64,000 bases of DNA from Trypethelium eluteriae. Its lineage: Eukaryota. How positions within the stretch are numbered: position 1 is the stretch's first letter; each line of letters begins with the position of its first letter. The notes beneath the pieces are model-generated. The model was not told the origin of the DNA. It saw only the letters and a program-made list of their open reading frames with translations, and did not search any database. The translations under genes were made by a program, and so were the position numbers. The stretch lies in the NCBI GenBank assembly GCA_051942245.1, contig JAVECL010000007.1, forward strand, positions 62,001 through 126,000, in the 5' to 3' direction. Positions 22,364-35,506 of the stretch are shown piece after piece.

Positions 22364-22770
22364 TTACAGGATTCCGTCCGGCTCCCCAGGTAACCTTTTT
22401 ACCCGCCGTTGCTCCCAATCGTCTAAATCTTTTGCAGCCAGTTTCTGTCCACGTCAGCCGTAGAATTGCAAGAAAAAAGCCTCATCCCATGTAAATGACG
22501 CACGTAGTATTCCTCCTTCATATCCACCCTTCTCCCTGCCTTGCCTATCCCCAAGGCCTCGTCCCGACTCATCTGCCGTACTTTGCGGTCGTGCTTCTCA
22601 TACCGTAACGCCGTAGCAGGTGTCAGAAAGAAGGATCCAAGTACCATGACCGAAATAAATGGGAGGCCAAAGAGGAGGAAGGGGTGTTTATTCAGCGCCG
22701 AGCGGTACTTGGTAGGAAGGGCGTTGGTGGAGGTGCTGGTGGGGAAGGAGCGTCGCTGGAAAGTGGGCAT
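22364..22770 (-). CDS. COX16: Cytochrome c oxidase assembly protein Cox16. Exons 22770-22504, 22444-22364
   Basis: HPFLLFGLPFISVMVLGSFFLT...EEYY|KLAAKDLDDWEQRRVKRLPGE. Confidence 0.95.
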
Positions 22771-23054
22771 GGCAGCAATGATCCTTCTGATGTAGAAGAG
22801 CCCAGTATTGTAGTTGGCAGATGATCGAAGAAGTTTCAGAATAGTGAACTAAGTTACAGCAGGTGATGTAATAGAATTTCCTGGTCAATCAGACGTCTCT
22901 TAGAGCTGGGCAGGATCTCATTCCGAGGGGTACCTCTTACCTTACCTTATCCCGCTACTCGAAAAGGATCACGTGAGAACGCGTTCACCGCGGACAGGAA
23001 GTAAATGCGCGTCATTGTCCTATTCGAACTTCTCATCAAGAAGCCTCCCAAATC

Positions 23055-26000
23055 ATGGGAGACACGTTCGGGCAGTTGCTCCAGGAGATTCTTAGCAACC
23101 CACCCTCTGAGGAGACTGATCTTGAGGCGAGTTACAAACTTTTGCGTGTGGTGACAGAGGCTGGACTTGAAACTCTTCCACAGCATGATCCATTTACGCG
23201 CCGTGATCATCTCATCAAGCAGGCACAAGATAGTATATCTGTGATCGAGATTACAGTACAACGGGCTCCAGCGCTCTTGTTGTATCCGAATCAAGGCTCT
23301 AATGAGTCTTCTCAATCACAGCTGTTTTTTTGGATTTTACCCAGGATCTTCGCTCTCCTCGGAAACCCACAGGCAGATGAGCTTCAGAGCGCACTTCAGC
23401 GCCTATTTTCAAGTCTCATCACCTCGTTAGTGGGGATCAGCCATCTCTGGCAAAATGCAGTGACGTATGTCAACGTTTACAGGTCATGCATAGATGGTGT
23501 GTTAGAGTCAATGAATGCGGACATAAATCAGCTGAATATGTCTCAGACCTCCTTTCTGCCTTACGAAACCTAAGCGAATCAGAATGTGACCGCCCTCTAT
23601 CTATCGATCTTCCTCCAGCAGTCCCCCAGGATGGTGCTTTCTCTGCCTCACATCAAAGCATCGCTCAGAAGCGAATTCCGCAATTTCATGTTTCTGAGAC
23701 TATGCATGCATGTAAGCTTGCATTTTTCATGATTCAGGCACTCCTGGGCGTCTCTAAATCATGGAACGGAGTCTCAATACCGCAGATAGTCGTTCAAGAC
23801 TTGAGAAACTGCGGCGTCGAATGGTGCTACAGCTTATTGCAGACATATCCCTTGTGGCATCTGTGGTTTGGATCAAGCCAGAGTACCGAAGCCTTCACAG
23901 AGTCTTACATCCGTCTTTTACGCTCTTTGCTCCCCACACAGGAACCTTTACGACAAGCCAATGTATTAATGCAGGCCATTGCAACTGTGCTGTCTCGAAA
24001 TTCTGAGGTGCCCTTACTCGGAACACTTCAATTAGAAATCGCTAAATCTATATTCACGGTTTGGGAGTTGTCATTGGCCATGCATACCGTAAAACAACTA
24101 TCTATGGACCACCTTACCCCGATTCTTCTCAAGGTTCAGACATCAACTTCATCAAGAAGAGGACTGTCGCCAGAGCTTAAGGTGTGAAACAGTCCGATTA
24201 TCTTTGATAGTCCGTGGCTAAAGCATTGTAGTTAGTCATTCGGCATTGGCTGCAAAAGCATTCATCCGGAGATCAGGGGCTTGCGGAAGGTCTCTCCCAA
24301 AATTACGTAGATGAGGTTGGTATCATTAATTCTTCGAAAGACACGGAGTTTCAAGCGGCATTCTCCAGGCTAGGGATATGCCAGCCTTCCGAACATGAGA
24401 GTCGGCCTACGAAACGGGCAAAACTTACACAAATTACACAAAACAATGCTGCTGACAGCTATAACAGGCTCGAATGTGAAATTGGAAAGATTCTGGGTGA
24501 ATCCGAGGAGGAACCCGTCAATACTGTTCGGGCTGATCTGACGTATGCTCTATGCTCTATGGACTCGGTTTTGCGCAGTCGCTAATTGAAGCAAACAGCC
24601 CGCGGTTCCTGAATCTCCCAGAGGCTGAACAGATGGAGCTACTGAATATAGTTGCTCGGCTCCCTTGTGCGGCTTCAGTTCCTCAGAAGACACCAGAATC
24701 ATCAATTTCGATACCAAATTGCTCCCGCTGTGAGACCATTCCGTCATCGGAGAGTGTCGATGTCGAATTCAAGAGACTTACTAGACGAGCCTGGAAGGAG
24801 CAATTTTTTGACAAGTTCCAAGCTCAGATCCTGGAGTTTTTTACAACCTTAGTGTCGTCTTCCGAATTTCAGAAGACGACAAATCTACGTGTACAAGCCA
24901 TGTTGGTAATCCGGAGACTCTTGCATCACAGTGAATTCACAGATTGCCTCGATTTGAAGAGCAGCGCTGTTGGCCAATTTTGCCTCAAGTCCTTGCATAG
25001 TACGATCCGCGAGCTTCGAATTGTTGCTGGCTTTACGCTTTCCGCCTTCGTGCGGCATGAGGTCTGCGAGAAATACCGCCAAGACAATCGAGTGCTTGCT
25101 CTTGATTATCTACGACAACTGTCCAGCAGAGACGAAGTTAACTTGCTAGAAACCATAGTCTTCGCTTGGGGTCAAGTTGCCCAGGTCTGTGGAGACGAAG
25201 AGCTCAATCTCGTGCTTCTCCAGTTGATTGATTTCCTTGGACATCCAAACCCATTGATATGCGGACTCGCATTCAATGAGCTTCAAAGATTATCCGAGGC
25301 TTTAGACAGTCATCCTGCGGAGCTCTTAAAACCATTTTCTCGAAGCATCAGCGTTTCAGTCGTCAAAGATCTAATTGGTCGTCCTCAGAAGGTACAACAA
25401 CTGGCCGATCTACTTCAAATTAGTGTCAATCATTATCTCCTGGCTACGGAGCATGAAACACTCCCGTTTCTGGTTTCAGCGAAGAGACGAGATATACTTG
25501 AGCGACTTGCAGCTGCGCACGGTCCAGAAACAACAATACAAGACGTTTGTATGCAACCACGAGCAAATCTCATTGCTATTCTGTCTCAGTTGCTTCTCGA
25601 GCCGGCTTCGGACATTCAGAGTGGTGTTATGACATCGCTCTGTGAAGTAGCACCCGGGTTTGCCGAGTATGATTTGGCTAGTCTTGTCAAGTTGGATTCG
25701 ATACTTATCATGTGTGAGATGCTAAAAGCAGCGGGTGACGCTGGTGCTCGTAGGAAGCCACAGGTAGGGACTCGATCAACTCTACTTAATCTCCATTGTG
25801 TTTCCATATCTGGAGCACATAAGAAATTTCGTGCCTCCCTCCGCCCCTTTCAGAACTTTGGCAACTCAAACTCAATCATTGCTTAGCGAAGGAAAGATGC
25901 ACGTTGCTGATTGTGATAGGTACACCGATCGATTCAACAGATCGCGGCGCTTACGGAGACAAGGCCAGCTAAGTCCGTTGCAAAGCAGAACCGAGCAATC

Positions 26001-29000
26001 TTAGGATTCTTTGAACAGCATATCCTTGGCATCATGGCTCATTTTTCCGATGTTATCGAGAAGGGACTAGCTATTCATCCAATGAACGAAAAGAGAAGCT
26101 GTATTCGAGCGATCGAGGAACTCGTAAGCCTCTCAGAAGGTCGAATCGGTATCGCTTTGCCGCAGGTATGTGAAGGATAACCCAACGCTGTCCTCTGTGC
26201 TGAAGAAAATAGATTCGGGCCTGTTTGCAGTCGGCTCTCGACATCCCAGCTTTGAAAGAATTGGCCTTCTCAGCATGGGCCACAATGGTAACCAAACTGG
26301 GGGACGACGACATATCCAACATCATTGATCATACCTTTGCCATCGTGGCTCAAAGCTGGGACACCTTCTCAGACAAGACTGCACAGAAGGCTTATGACAC
26401 CATTTCGTTTCTTATCAAGAATCACGAGTCTCGGCTCCGGGAGTCCATCGAGACAGTTCCCTCTCTGGCAGGCATCCCAGTATTTTCCAAAATCGAAGCG
26501 GAGATCGCACGTTTCAAGTCCTCAACAGATCTTGATAAGAAATACCTAGCATTTGCAAAGCGATGTTTGGACGAAAGCAGCGTTATTGTCGCACAAGCCC
26601 TGAAGGAATTGGAGCCGTTCTTAGAGAGTCATAGCCAATTCCTTCATGAGTCGGCCTCTAGTGAAGATCCCAACCCTCTTATAGGCGATCTCATTCGGTC
26701 AATTCTTGATGCATGTGTCACCTTTAAAGAAGACCGGCGAGATATTTCCATCGCCAGCGCTAGATGTCTCGGAATCATTGGATGTGTTGATCCTACCAGA
26801 ATCGATAGCCTTCGAGAAAGGCGGGATATCTTAATATTATCAAATTTTGAGCGAGCTGCTGAAGCTATTGACTTCGCAGCCTTGCTCTTGGAGACGGTTC
26901 TCGTGAAAGCCTTTCGATCCGCGACCAATGCACGGGCTCAAGGGTTCCTGGCATATGCGATGCAAGAGCTGTTAAGGTTTTGCGGATTTCACGAAAGTTT
27001 GACCCCTAAGTCGCGAAATGCAGATGACGACTCTCGTGCAGCCAGATGGCGGAAGATGCCGAGCTCTATCAGGACTACGTTGACGCCCTTCCTAAATTCT
27101 CGTTATCTCCTAACAAGCAATTTTGCACAAAAGGCAATTCAATCCTATCCCATTTTCCGGAAAACCCTCACCCATAGCTTGTGGTTGAGGAGTTTTACGT
27201 CCGATCTCCTTCGAAAAGGCAAAGGAGACAATGCCGAAACAATATTCTCAATATTGTCTCGGGTCATTCATGGGCAAGAAATCACGATTGCCGCGTTCTT
27301 ACTTCCATTTGTGGTGTTGAACGTGGTAATAGGTGGGACAGACATTGAAGCCGAGAATATTCAGAAGGAGCTTCTAAGCATTCTGAGTGAGTCTATTGCT
27401 GCTAGCACTCAATCGGAGGTGGAAACCATCAAGCAGTGTAGTGAGGTAAGCAAACGCCAACATCACCAGGGGTTGTGATAAGAAATGTCGTTACTCCAAG
27501 AGGCGGTCTGTCTTTAAAAGTCCTATGTTCTAGCCGTCCCGCAACACTGTCTATTCGAGATGATAGACAAAGGCTGAACAGAATGAGGCATGGACTAGTT
27601 CAAGATCTTGAAACCTTGCATTTTTCACCGATGTCTCTTGTGACACTCGCTTGTGTATCTTCTGGGTCAAGCTGACATCTATAGAATGTTTTTCGGATTC
27701 TTGACTACATGTCCCGCTGGATGCAGGAGAAAAAGAAGATCTTAGCGCAAATCCAGTTGACAGCTGAACGACTCGGCAGCAGCCCCCCCGACGCAGAAAT
27801 CATCAGAGATACATCTCAGATCAGCAGCGTCGAACGTATACTCTCCTGTGTGCCAGCAGCAGTGGTCTCTTCGCGTGCGATGGATTGCCGGTCATATGCG
27901 CGAGCTGCATACCATTGGGAGATTCATATGCGCCAGGAAGATGACAAGTGCTCTGCTCTGGGTCTGGAGTACTTATCGCCAAGTTTACACGAACATCTAC
28001 AGGAAATATATGCACACATCGATGAACCTGATGCAGTTGAAGGCCTGTCAGCTGTGCTCGATTTCGTCAAACCTGAACAACAGCTGATGGAGTATGTTCG
28101 ATTACAGCAATGGGATTCGGTGCAGGCCTGGTACCAGATCCATCATAGACGTGATCCAGATAACGTCGATTTCCAGATTCAGCTTTCGCGAAGTCTCTAC
28201 GAATCCGGACAGAATGGTATGGATGCCTCGACGCTTGATTGTGCTCTACCCTTGCTAATTGCATCAGATGCGCTGCTCGACATGATCGACCGGGTTCAAG
28301 GGCAAAAAGAAAGCTGCGCTCCTGAACTCCTTGCATACGCCGTGGAAACGTCATGGGCGACTGGAAGATGGCAGGACCTTGAGAAATATCTTAAGATAGC
28401 ACCTCAATCGGAATCGAAAGCTAGAGAAACGGAATTTGACATTTCCATTGCGGAGATCATCCATCATCTCCATCAAGGGGACTTCGATAGGGCTGAAAAA
28501 ACGATTAGGTCTTCCCGGGAAGGAATCGTCAAAAGCATGTCCACTTCAGGTACAAACTCCATTCAATCATGCCGTGATCAGCTACGAGGCTTGCACGTCC
28601 TGTATGAGCTGGAAATAATAAGCGGCCTGCCTGTCTCAAGAAGTAACGAGAGAAAGGTAGTCCGCGACAGGCTCGACCGGCGTCTACCTGTCCTCGGTAC
28701 TTTTGTCAACGACAAGCAAGCCTTGCTCAGATTGCGGAGGACTGCGATGGAGCTTTCGAGGTGGGTCTGCTCAGCTTCTACAAGCATACGGCTGTATCTA
28801 ATGATTCGCAGGCTGCAGTTCAACAATCTCGACCGAGCTTCTACATTCACCTCAAGCGCTCGAATTGCTCGAAAAGAAGGCAAAATGGGAACAGCGCGCA
28901 GTGCCATCATAAGCGCACAGAACCTTGAGGATGAATCAGCACTCATTGAACATGCTCGAATGCTATGGAAAGATGGGCAGCATAGGAATGCAATCAAGAT

Positions 29001-31044
29001 GCTGGAAGGCGCTATCGAATTAGAAGCTTTCCGACCCCTCGATCTTGATCCTGACAAAGATACTTTGACCGAATCGATTCCCCCCGACCAGAATCTATTG
29101 ACCGCGAGGGCTTTGCTTTTATGGGCAAAATGGCTGGACACATCAGGTCAGACGCAATCACGTATAATCATTGAAAAGTACCAAAATGCTATCAGGGCTT
29201 TTGCGAGATGGGAGAAAGGACACTATCATCTTGGGAAGCATTACAATAAACTCCTCGAGTCCGAGAAAGCTCTCCCAGCTTCTAAGCAGAGCACAGCATT
29301 TCTTTGCGGTGAGACGGCCAAGCTCGTTATTGACAATTATACGCGATCCATCGCCTTCGGTAACAAATACATATATCAAACCCTCCCGCGAGTCATCACT
29401 TTGTGGTTGGAAGTGGCATCTGAAGCTCAGCAATCGACGCGCGCGACCGACTCAAACCACGACCAGCGCCAGAAAGTACTTGACGCGATCCACCGACAGC
29501 TTATGAAATACTGTAATCGTCTACCGGCTTTTCCCTTCTATACGGCTTTACCTCAGCTAGTCTCTAGAATCAGTCATCCACATCCGGAGACCTGGAAAGT
29601 GCTTCAATCGATCATCACCAAAATCATATCCCATCACCCGCAGCAGGCTATCTGGAGCATCATGGCTGTTGTCAGATCATCCAACCCTGAACGATGCAGT
29701 CGTGGACACAACATCATGAACAATCTCAAATCATCCTCCAAGAAAGGTAAGGGGGGAAGCAATGGGCTCGATCTTCGGTCGTTGATCAATCATGGTCAGA
29801 GGTTGTGTGATGCATTACTCAATGCCTGTGAAGTAGCCGTCGAACCCCGGACAAGCCACGTCAGTCTGTCTCGAAATCTTGGATTCCACCACCCGCTTGC
29901 TCCATGTCTATTGGTTGTACCGGTCGAGGCTCATTTCGCAGTCAGCTTGCCCACAAAGATGCCTCAAGGTATCAAGAACCATAAGGCTTTCCCTCGGGAA
30001 GCAACTACTATTGCAGCATTCGAAGATGATGTCCTCGTCTTGAGCTCTCTGCAAAGACCCAGAAAACTTACTGTCCGAGGTTCTGATGGCAAGACATATG
30101 GCCTGCTCTGCAAGCCAAAGGACGATCTACGAAAAGATCAACGATTAATGGAGTTCAACGCAATGATCAATCGCGCACTCAAACGTGAAACTGAAGCAAG
30201 CAAACGCCGGCTTTATATCAAAACATACGCCGTGACACCGTTGAACGAAGAATGTGGTGCTATTGAATGGGTCGAAGGACTTAAGCCCATCCGGGATATA
30301 ATGCATCAGATCTATCGCAATCGGGCCGTGAAGGTGGACTACAATGAAATCCGCCACATACTGAACGCCGCCATCGCCGACAACAATGAGGCAACACTCA
30401 AAAAGTTTTGGGTCGAACGCCTCGTGAAACATTTTTATCCAGTCTTACACGAATGGTTTGTGGAAAGCTTTCCAGAACCTGAGGCCTGGCTTGCTGCTCG
30501 CCTCCGCTATACCCGCTCATGCGCCGTAATGTCAATGGTAGGGCATGTTCTCGGTCTCGGCGACCGACACGGAGAGAATATTCTTCTGCAGGAAGGTAAC
30601 GGTGGCGTTTTTCATGTTGACTTCAACTGTCTGTTCGATAAGGGCCTCACCTTTGAAAAACCCGAACTTGTCCCTTTCCGGCTCACACACAACATGGTTG
30701 ACGCGATGGGTGCATATGGGTACGAGGGACCGTTCCGCAAGAGCGCGGAGTTGACTATGAGGACCTTAAGAAGCTATGAAGATACATTGATGACAATATT
30801 GGAGACATTCCTTTACGATCCCACGCAAGACTTTATTGGAAGAAAGAATAGAAAGACAAGTGCCGCTGGTGTACCCGACACGCCAGGAGAGGTACTGGAT
30901 AGCGTGCGTGCAAAATTGCGGGGGTTGATGAGGGGTGAGAGTGTACCATTAAGCGTTGAGGGACACGTGGAGGCTCTGATAAAGATGGCGGTTGATGAAA
31001 GGAACCTGGCGAGCATGTACATTGGGTGGTGTGCTTTCTGGTAG
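23055..31044 (+). CDS. MEC1: PIKK checkpoint kinase ATR/Mec1/Rad3/UvsB, about 9 exons
   Basis: HEAT/UME region, FAT, kinase motifs KPKDDLRKDQRLMEF, LGLGDRHGENIL, HVDFNCLFDKG and FATC MYIGWCAFW. Introns approx. 23498-23546, 24182-24231, 24543-24598, 25764-25919, 26166-26212, 27446-27684, 28217-28267, 28761-28811. Confidence 0.96.
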
Positions 31045-31223
31045 ACACCGCTGGACTGCGAGCTCTCGAGTCTCAGTTGAGGATTATGGCACACAATATG
31101 AAGGTGACGATTGGCTGGGAAGAAGTAATGATTCTGCTCATGCTGCTCGGAAAGATGATTCCTCGCACACATGTCAAATTGCCATGCCCTCCTTGATAGA
31201 TGCGTAGTTGTAAAGGCCACAAT

Positions 31224-33292
31224 TTAAGACGAGGCTAAGCCGTCCAATACATTATTAATCGTTTTCACAGGGTCTGAATCCTCACTCGTCGTCCACACTT
31301 GACATCTAGTGCCCTTGAATCCCGCCTCTTGCCACGTAATACCAAGTGATTCAACAGAGACGAGCACCTCAATACGCTTTCTCTTGCTCTGGGATTTGGA
31401 GTCTCCCTTGGTAGCGATGTTTCTTCCCATGACTGTCTTCCACCCATTCTTGCTCAGAGCACTGGATTGTAACAGATGAGAACTCAGAATCGAGTTAAGA
31501 GCGGACGTTAGGTCTTCGAGGGAATCATAAGACTCTGTCTCCAGGGTCTCTGCGGGTTTGAGTTTGGGATCAAGGATCTTCAGAGCAAACTGGGTCCCGA
31601 AGAGCGGAGGGGACAGATGGGTTCGTAATAAGACTTCTGCAAGTTCTGTATTGAAGCTCGAAGTGCTATGCTCCATAGTCAGAGCAACTCTAGTCTCCAG
31701 TGGAACAGATAACGCATTGACGAAGTCCGCGAAGGAGGTTGAAGCTTGAGGTTTTGCCGTGGCGACGACTGTGTGTTTTTGTTTCGACAACCAACTGCTC
31801 AGGTCTGGAGATATATTCCGTAGCGTGTAGTTAAATTTCAGGCCTCCTTGTCCGAATAATAGAACCCTCTGGTCTAGGTCAGAGCGGATGGCATCAAGTG
31901 TCACCTTCTGCTGCAAATATCCAATGAATATGCGTAGTATTACTGGTCGAAGCTCCGCGCTTTGCCCTTCCGATATAGGATGAGGTATTCTTGAACGGTG
32001 ATGTAATCTTTGCTTGTGAGCATAAGAAAGAAGGACCCGCAGTGCAAGGGCGATCCATTGGCATTCGAGATCTTCCGTGCGGTCGCCAATCGTAGACATC
32101 TCATCTTTTCCGACCAAGTCTATGAGAATTTCACGCGCAGGTACTCCAGAATTTTGCGAGCCTGTATCTGGCCCAGGATAGCGTATACGGATTTTATTTT
32201 CATCCATTGTGACGTTGTAAGGCAAAAGAAGCCGTGATTCTCTAGTAAGCTCCTGAAAAAGCTCCTCGTCAAAGAGGCTATCCCTCGCGCGTTGAACCAG
32301 CTCTGCGGTGAGAAAGTCGGCACGCACGCCATTTTGAGGTACATAGGATGATCCCATCACCTGACAATTTTCCAAAACGCGAACGCGAATTGTCTTAGTA
32401 TTAGCAGTCAATGCCTCATCTAAAACAATGTTTCCTGTTTCCCCGATCTGCAATGCAGCCGTACCGCGTGCTTTATATTCTCCACGTGCCTCGGAAAAGC
32501 CGAAAGATACTGCCAAATTATGCCGTTCGCGAGGAAACTTCGTGAGGGACCAGCCATCCTCACGAATCGTAAGAATCTGCTCCCAATATTTGGTCTCTTT
32601 CTCAACTTCCCGATTCAATCGAGTAGCAGCATCCAACAGACTATCCACTGATTTGTTAAGGCTCTTCATTCTGTGACCCTGCGAAACCTTCTCTTCTTCT
32701 TCACGCCTTGTTTCGAGCTTCGCTGGTACTTCAGCAGCGGACGATGACTCCTTCAGACCCATCGATTTTACTGGTGTGTTGTCGAGGACATAGTCGGTCA
32801 TCGATTTTTCTGCGCCTTTCTTCGTCTTCGCTTTGGTCGGTCCTGGAGGCATGGGGTTGGCAGGAGGAAGTGGGAGATCGCTTTCCTTTCTCAGGAGCAG
32901 GGAAACAAGGTCTTGAACCATGAGAACTTCTTGCTGGGCTTGGCTGAAGAAGGAGGGTTAGAATATTTTACATAAGTCCATTGCCAAGGGTCGAAGTACT
33001 GTAGACCCTGCCACATCTCTGTTTTGGCAATGTAAAGCTTCTCGCGTCTTGTTTTTGGGTCGAGCTCATCTTCATTTTCGTTAGGCTGGCCTAGACCCAA
33101 GACGGATTCCAAATTAGAATCTTGCTCGAGCTCTATCTCATTGACAAGTTTCTGCTCTATAATATCCTTGAAATGGCCGCGCGATTCAAATATGCGTGAT
33201 ATTGTGGAATTGAGACTATCTTCTGTCTCCAGGCTTGGCCATGGTCGCAGAGACAAGGAAAAAGAGGGAGACTCTGGTTGCGACTGCGCCAT
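31224..33292 (-). CDS. SRB4: Mediator subunit 17. Intron 32999-32944
   Basis: N-terminal LSLRPWP..ISRIFESRGHFKDI, then LDAATRLNREVEKETKYWEQIL, FGFSEA and ARDSLFDEELFQELTRE. Confidence 0.9.
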
Positions 33293-33622
33293 CGGGCAGA
33301 TGTGGGGCTGGAAAGCAGGAATGGAATGAGATCGGATGCTTTATCTGCGTTGCGGGAGAATTCACCCAAGTACGGAAAACGAAGTATCAGTTGGTTGAAT
33401 AAGGTACGAAGCACGGTGGTGATCGGCGCAAGGATACGCAGGACGAACTGCTACTGAGCAGGCTAGGGTAAGGTGTAGGTACCTAAGCACGCTAAGGCAA
33501 GGCACCGTTATCCCGTACTCTACTCCACTCCGTACCGATCACTTTTTGTAATTTATACTAACAAACAACCGCTGGAATTCTTCAAACTTGCAAAAACTTG
33601 CTGGTGATACTCGGCTTTCAGA

Positions 33623-35366
33623 ATGACGACTCGATATCGAGTTGAATGTGTGGAGTGCTTATATCGGGCTTTCTTTTGATTGTGGACTGATACTTTTCAC
33701 AGATGCGTTGAAGGTACGCTACCACTGTAGCCACTGTAAATACACCCGCTTACTATACATCAAAGACGCATCGCCGCGATCAATTGGTATGGACATTGAT
33801 AAAAAACACACATCGTGCTCCTACTGACTGGTGTCAAGATAGAATGGATCAAGGTCAGTCTAATTTCGGTTCAATCAGCCATCATAGGTCATCACTTCGA
33901 CCGAATCCCAAGATCTCAGCACTTCCTCTTTACTGCTCAGTCGGCAGAGATGAATTTTAGCTTACCCTTGCTGGGTAGGGCCTTCTTGCAGTACCATTTG
34001 TTCTGCATTCGCAGCCGACAGCCATCTTCGAAGAGCGTCGAGAGCGAGTGGCCCAAATGGCATCAAACGCTCACCGAAGATACGCTGAAATTATGCGTGA
34101 CGTTGAGGAACTTATTAACGACCACAGTGGGTCTGCTCAATCGGACACGGTTTTCTTCCCGCTTACCTGACGAGCTTAGTTGCAAACCAAAAAGCTGGAA
34201 CGGCAGAACGATCAAAGTTAAAGCTTCTTGTACCCACGGTGGGAACCTTTTTCACACCTTTACTACTCCAAGATGCATTCATGTACCAAGATAGCCGTCG
34301 ATTCATAAGCTCTCGGTGCTTTGTGCCCCCATCATTCAACGATGTCCGGTTAATTCTCAACACTGCGCAAATCATGAGTTTGGTACGCGGAGGTCCCATC
34401 GAGCTCATGACTTTTGACGGAGATGTCACGTTGTACGATGATGGAGAGTCTCTCGCACCTGAGAGCGCGGTCATCCGACGCATCCTCACGCTCATGAGCA
34501 AGGGGATTAATGTTGGCATCGTCACGGCTGCCGGATATCTAGAGGCGATGAAATACTACAGTAGACTGCATGGTCTTCTTGATGCCATACATGCATCTCA
34601 GCTACCCCTAGAGCTCAAGGAAAAAATTGTCGTCATGGGCGGAGAGAGCAATTATCTCTTCCGATATAGCAGCTCTTCGCCCGACCGATTAATACCTGTA
34701 CCAAGGCATGAGTGGTTGCTCGATGACATGAAGCTCTGGAGCGAAGAAGATATTAACGAGCTTCTTGATACCGCTGAGAGTGCACTCAAAGGTTCCATCG
34801 AAACAATGCATTTGGATGCGCAGATCATTCGAAAAGAGCGCGGAGTAGGTATGGTTCCATCCCCGGGACAGAGATTTGCAAGAGAACAATTGGAAGAAAC
34901 CGTACTGCTGACGCAGAAGATTTTGGTAAGAGCTGGACTGGTAATCGATCGATTGAGCTCATGATTTTGTTACTAGGAAATATCTCCGGTCGGGCGTCGT
35001 CTTCCATTTTGCGCTTTCAATGGTAATAACCAGTTCGTCCTTCGTATAACCATCTCATTGACGCCTTCTCAGGAGGAAGCGACGTTTTTGTTGATATTGG
35101 CGATAAAGCCTGGGGTGTCCAAGCATGTCAAAAATTCTTCGGCGGCATTGAAGGTGCCAAGACTTTGCACATAGGGGACCAATTCCTCTCTGCTGGAGCC
35201 AATGACTTTAAGGTATAGCACTGCTTGATGAGTCTTGAAATCGGCACTGACAACCTAGGCGCGCTTGGCCTGCACGACAGCTTGGATCGCAAGCCCGACG
35301 GAGACTGTCGCCCTGCTCGATGAGATTAGCGAGCTAGATCAATTGATGGAGTTTAAGCGGAAATAG
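33623..35366 (+). CDS. ISN1: IMP-specific 5'-nucleotidase (HAD family), many introns including 5' microexons
   Basis: Spliced MTTRYRVEY|ALK|THRRDQL|IEWIK|GLLAVPFVLH, then TFDGDVTLY, VFVDIGDK, TLHIGDQFLSAGANDFK|ARLACTTAWIASP. Confidence 0.95.
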
Positions 35367-35506
35367 ACCTGCTTTTGGGAGGTGGAATTTAACCTCGATG
35401 AATCTGAATGAGCTTCTGTACTATATGAGACCTTTGCATTATGGCGCTCTGTCACAAAATATGTACAAGAACCTTGAAGTAAAGAAGAATAGGTAGCTTC
35501 TCGACT

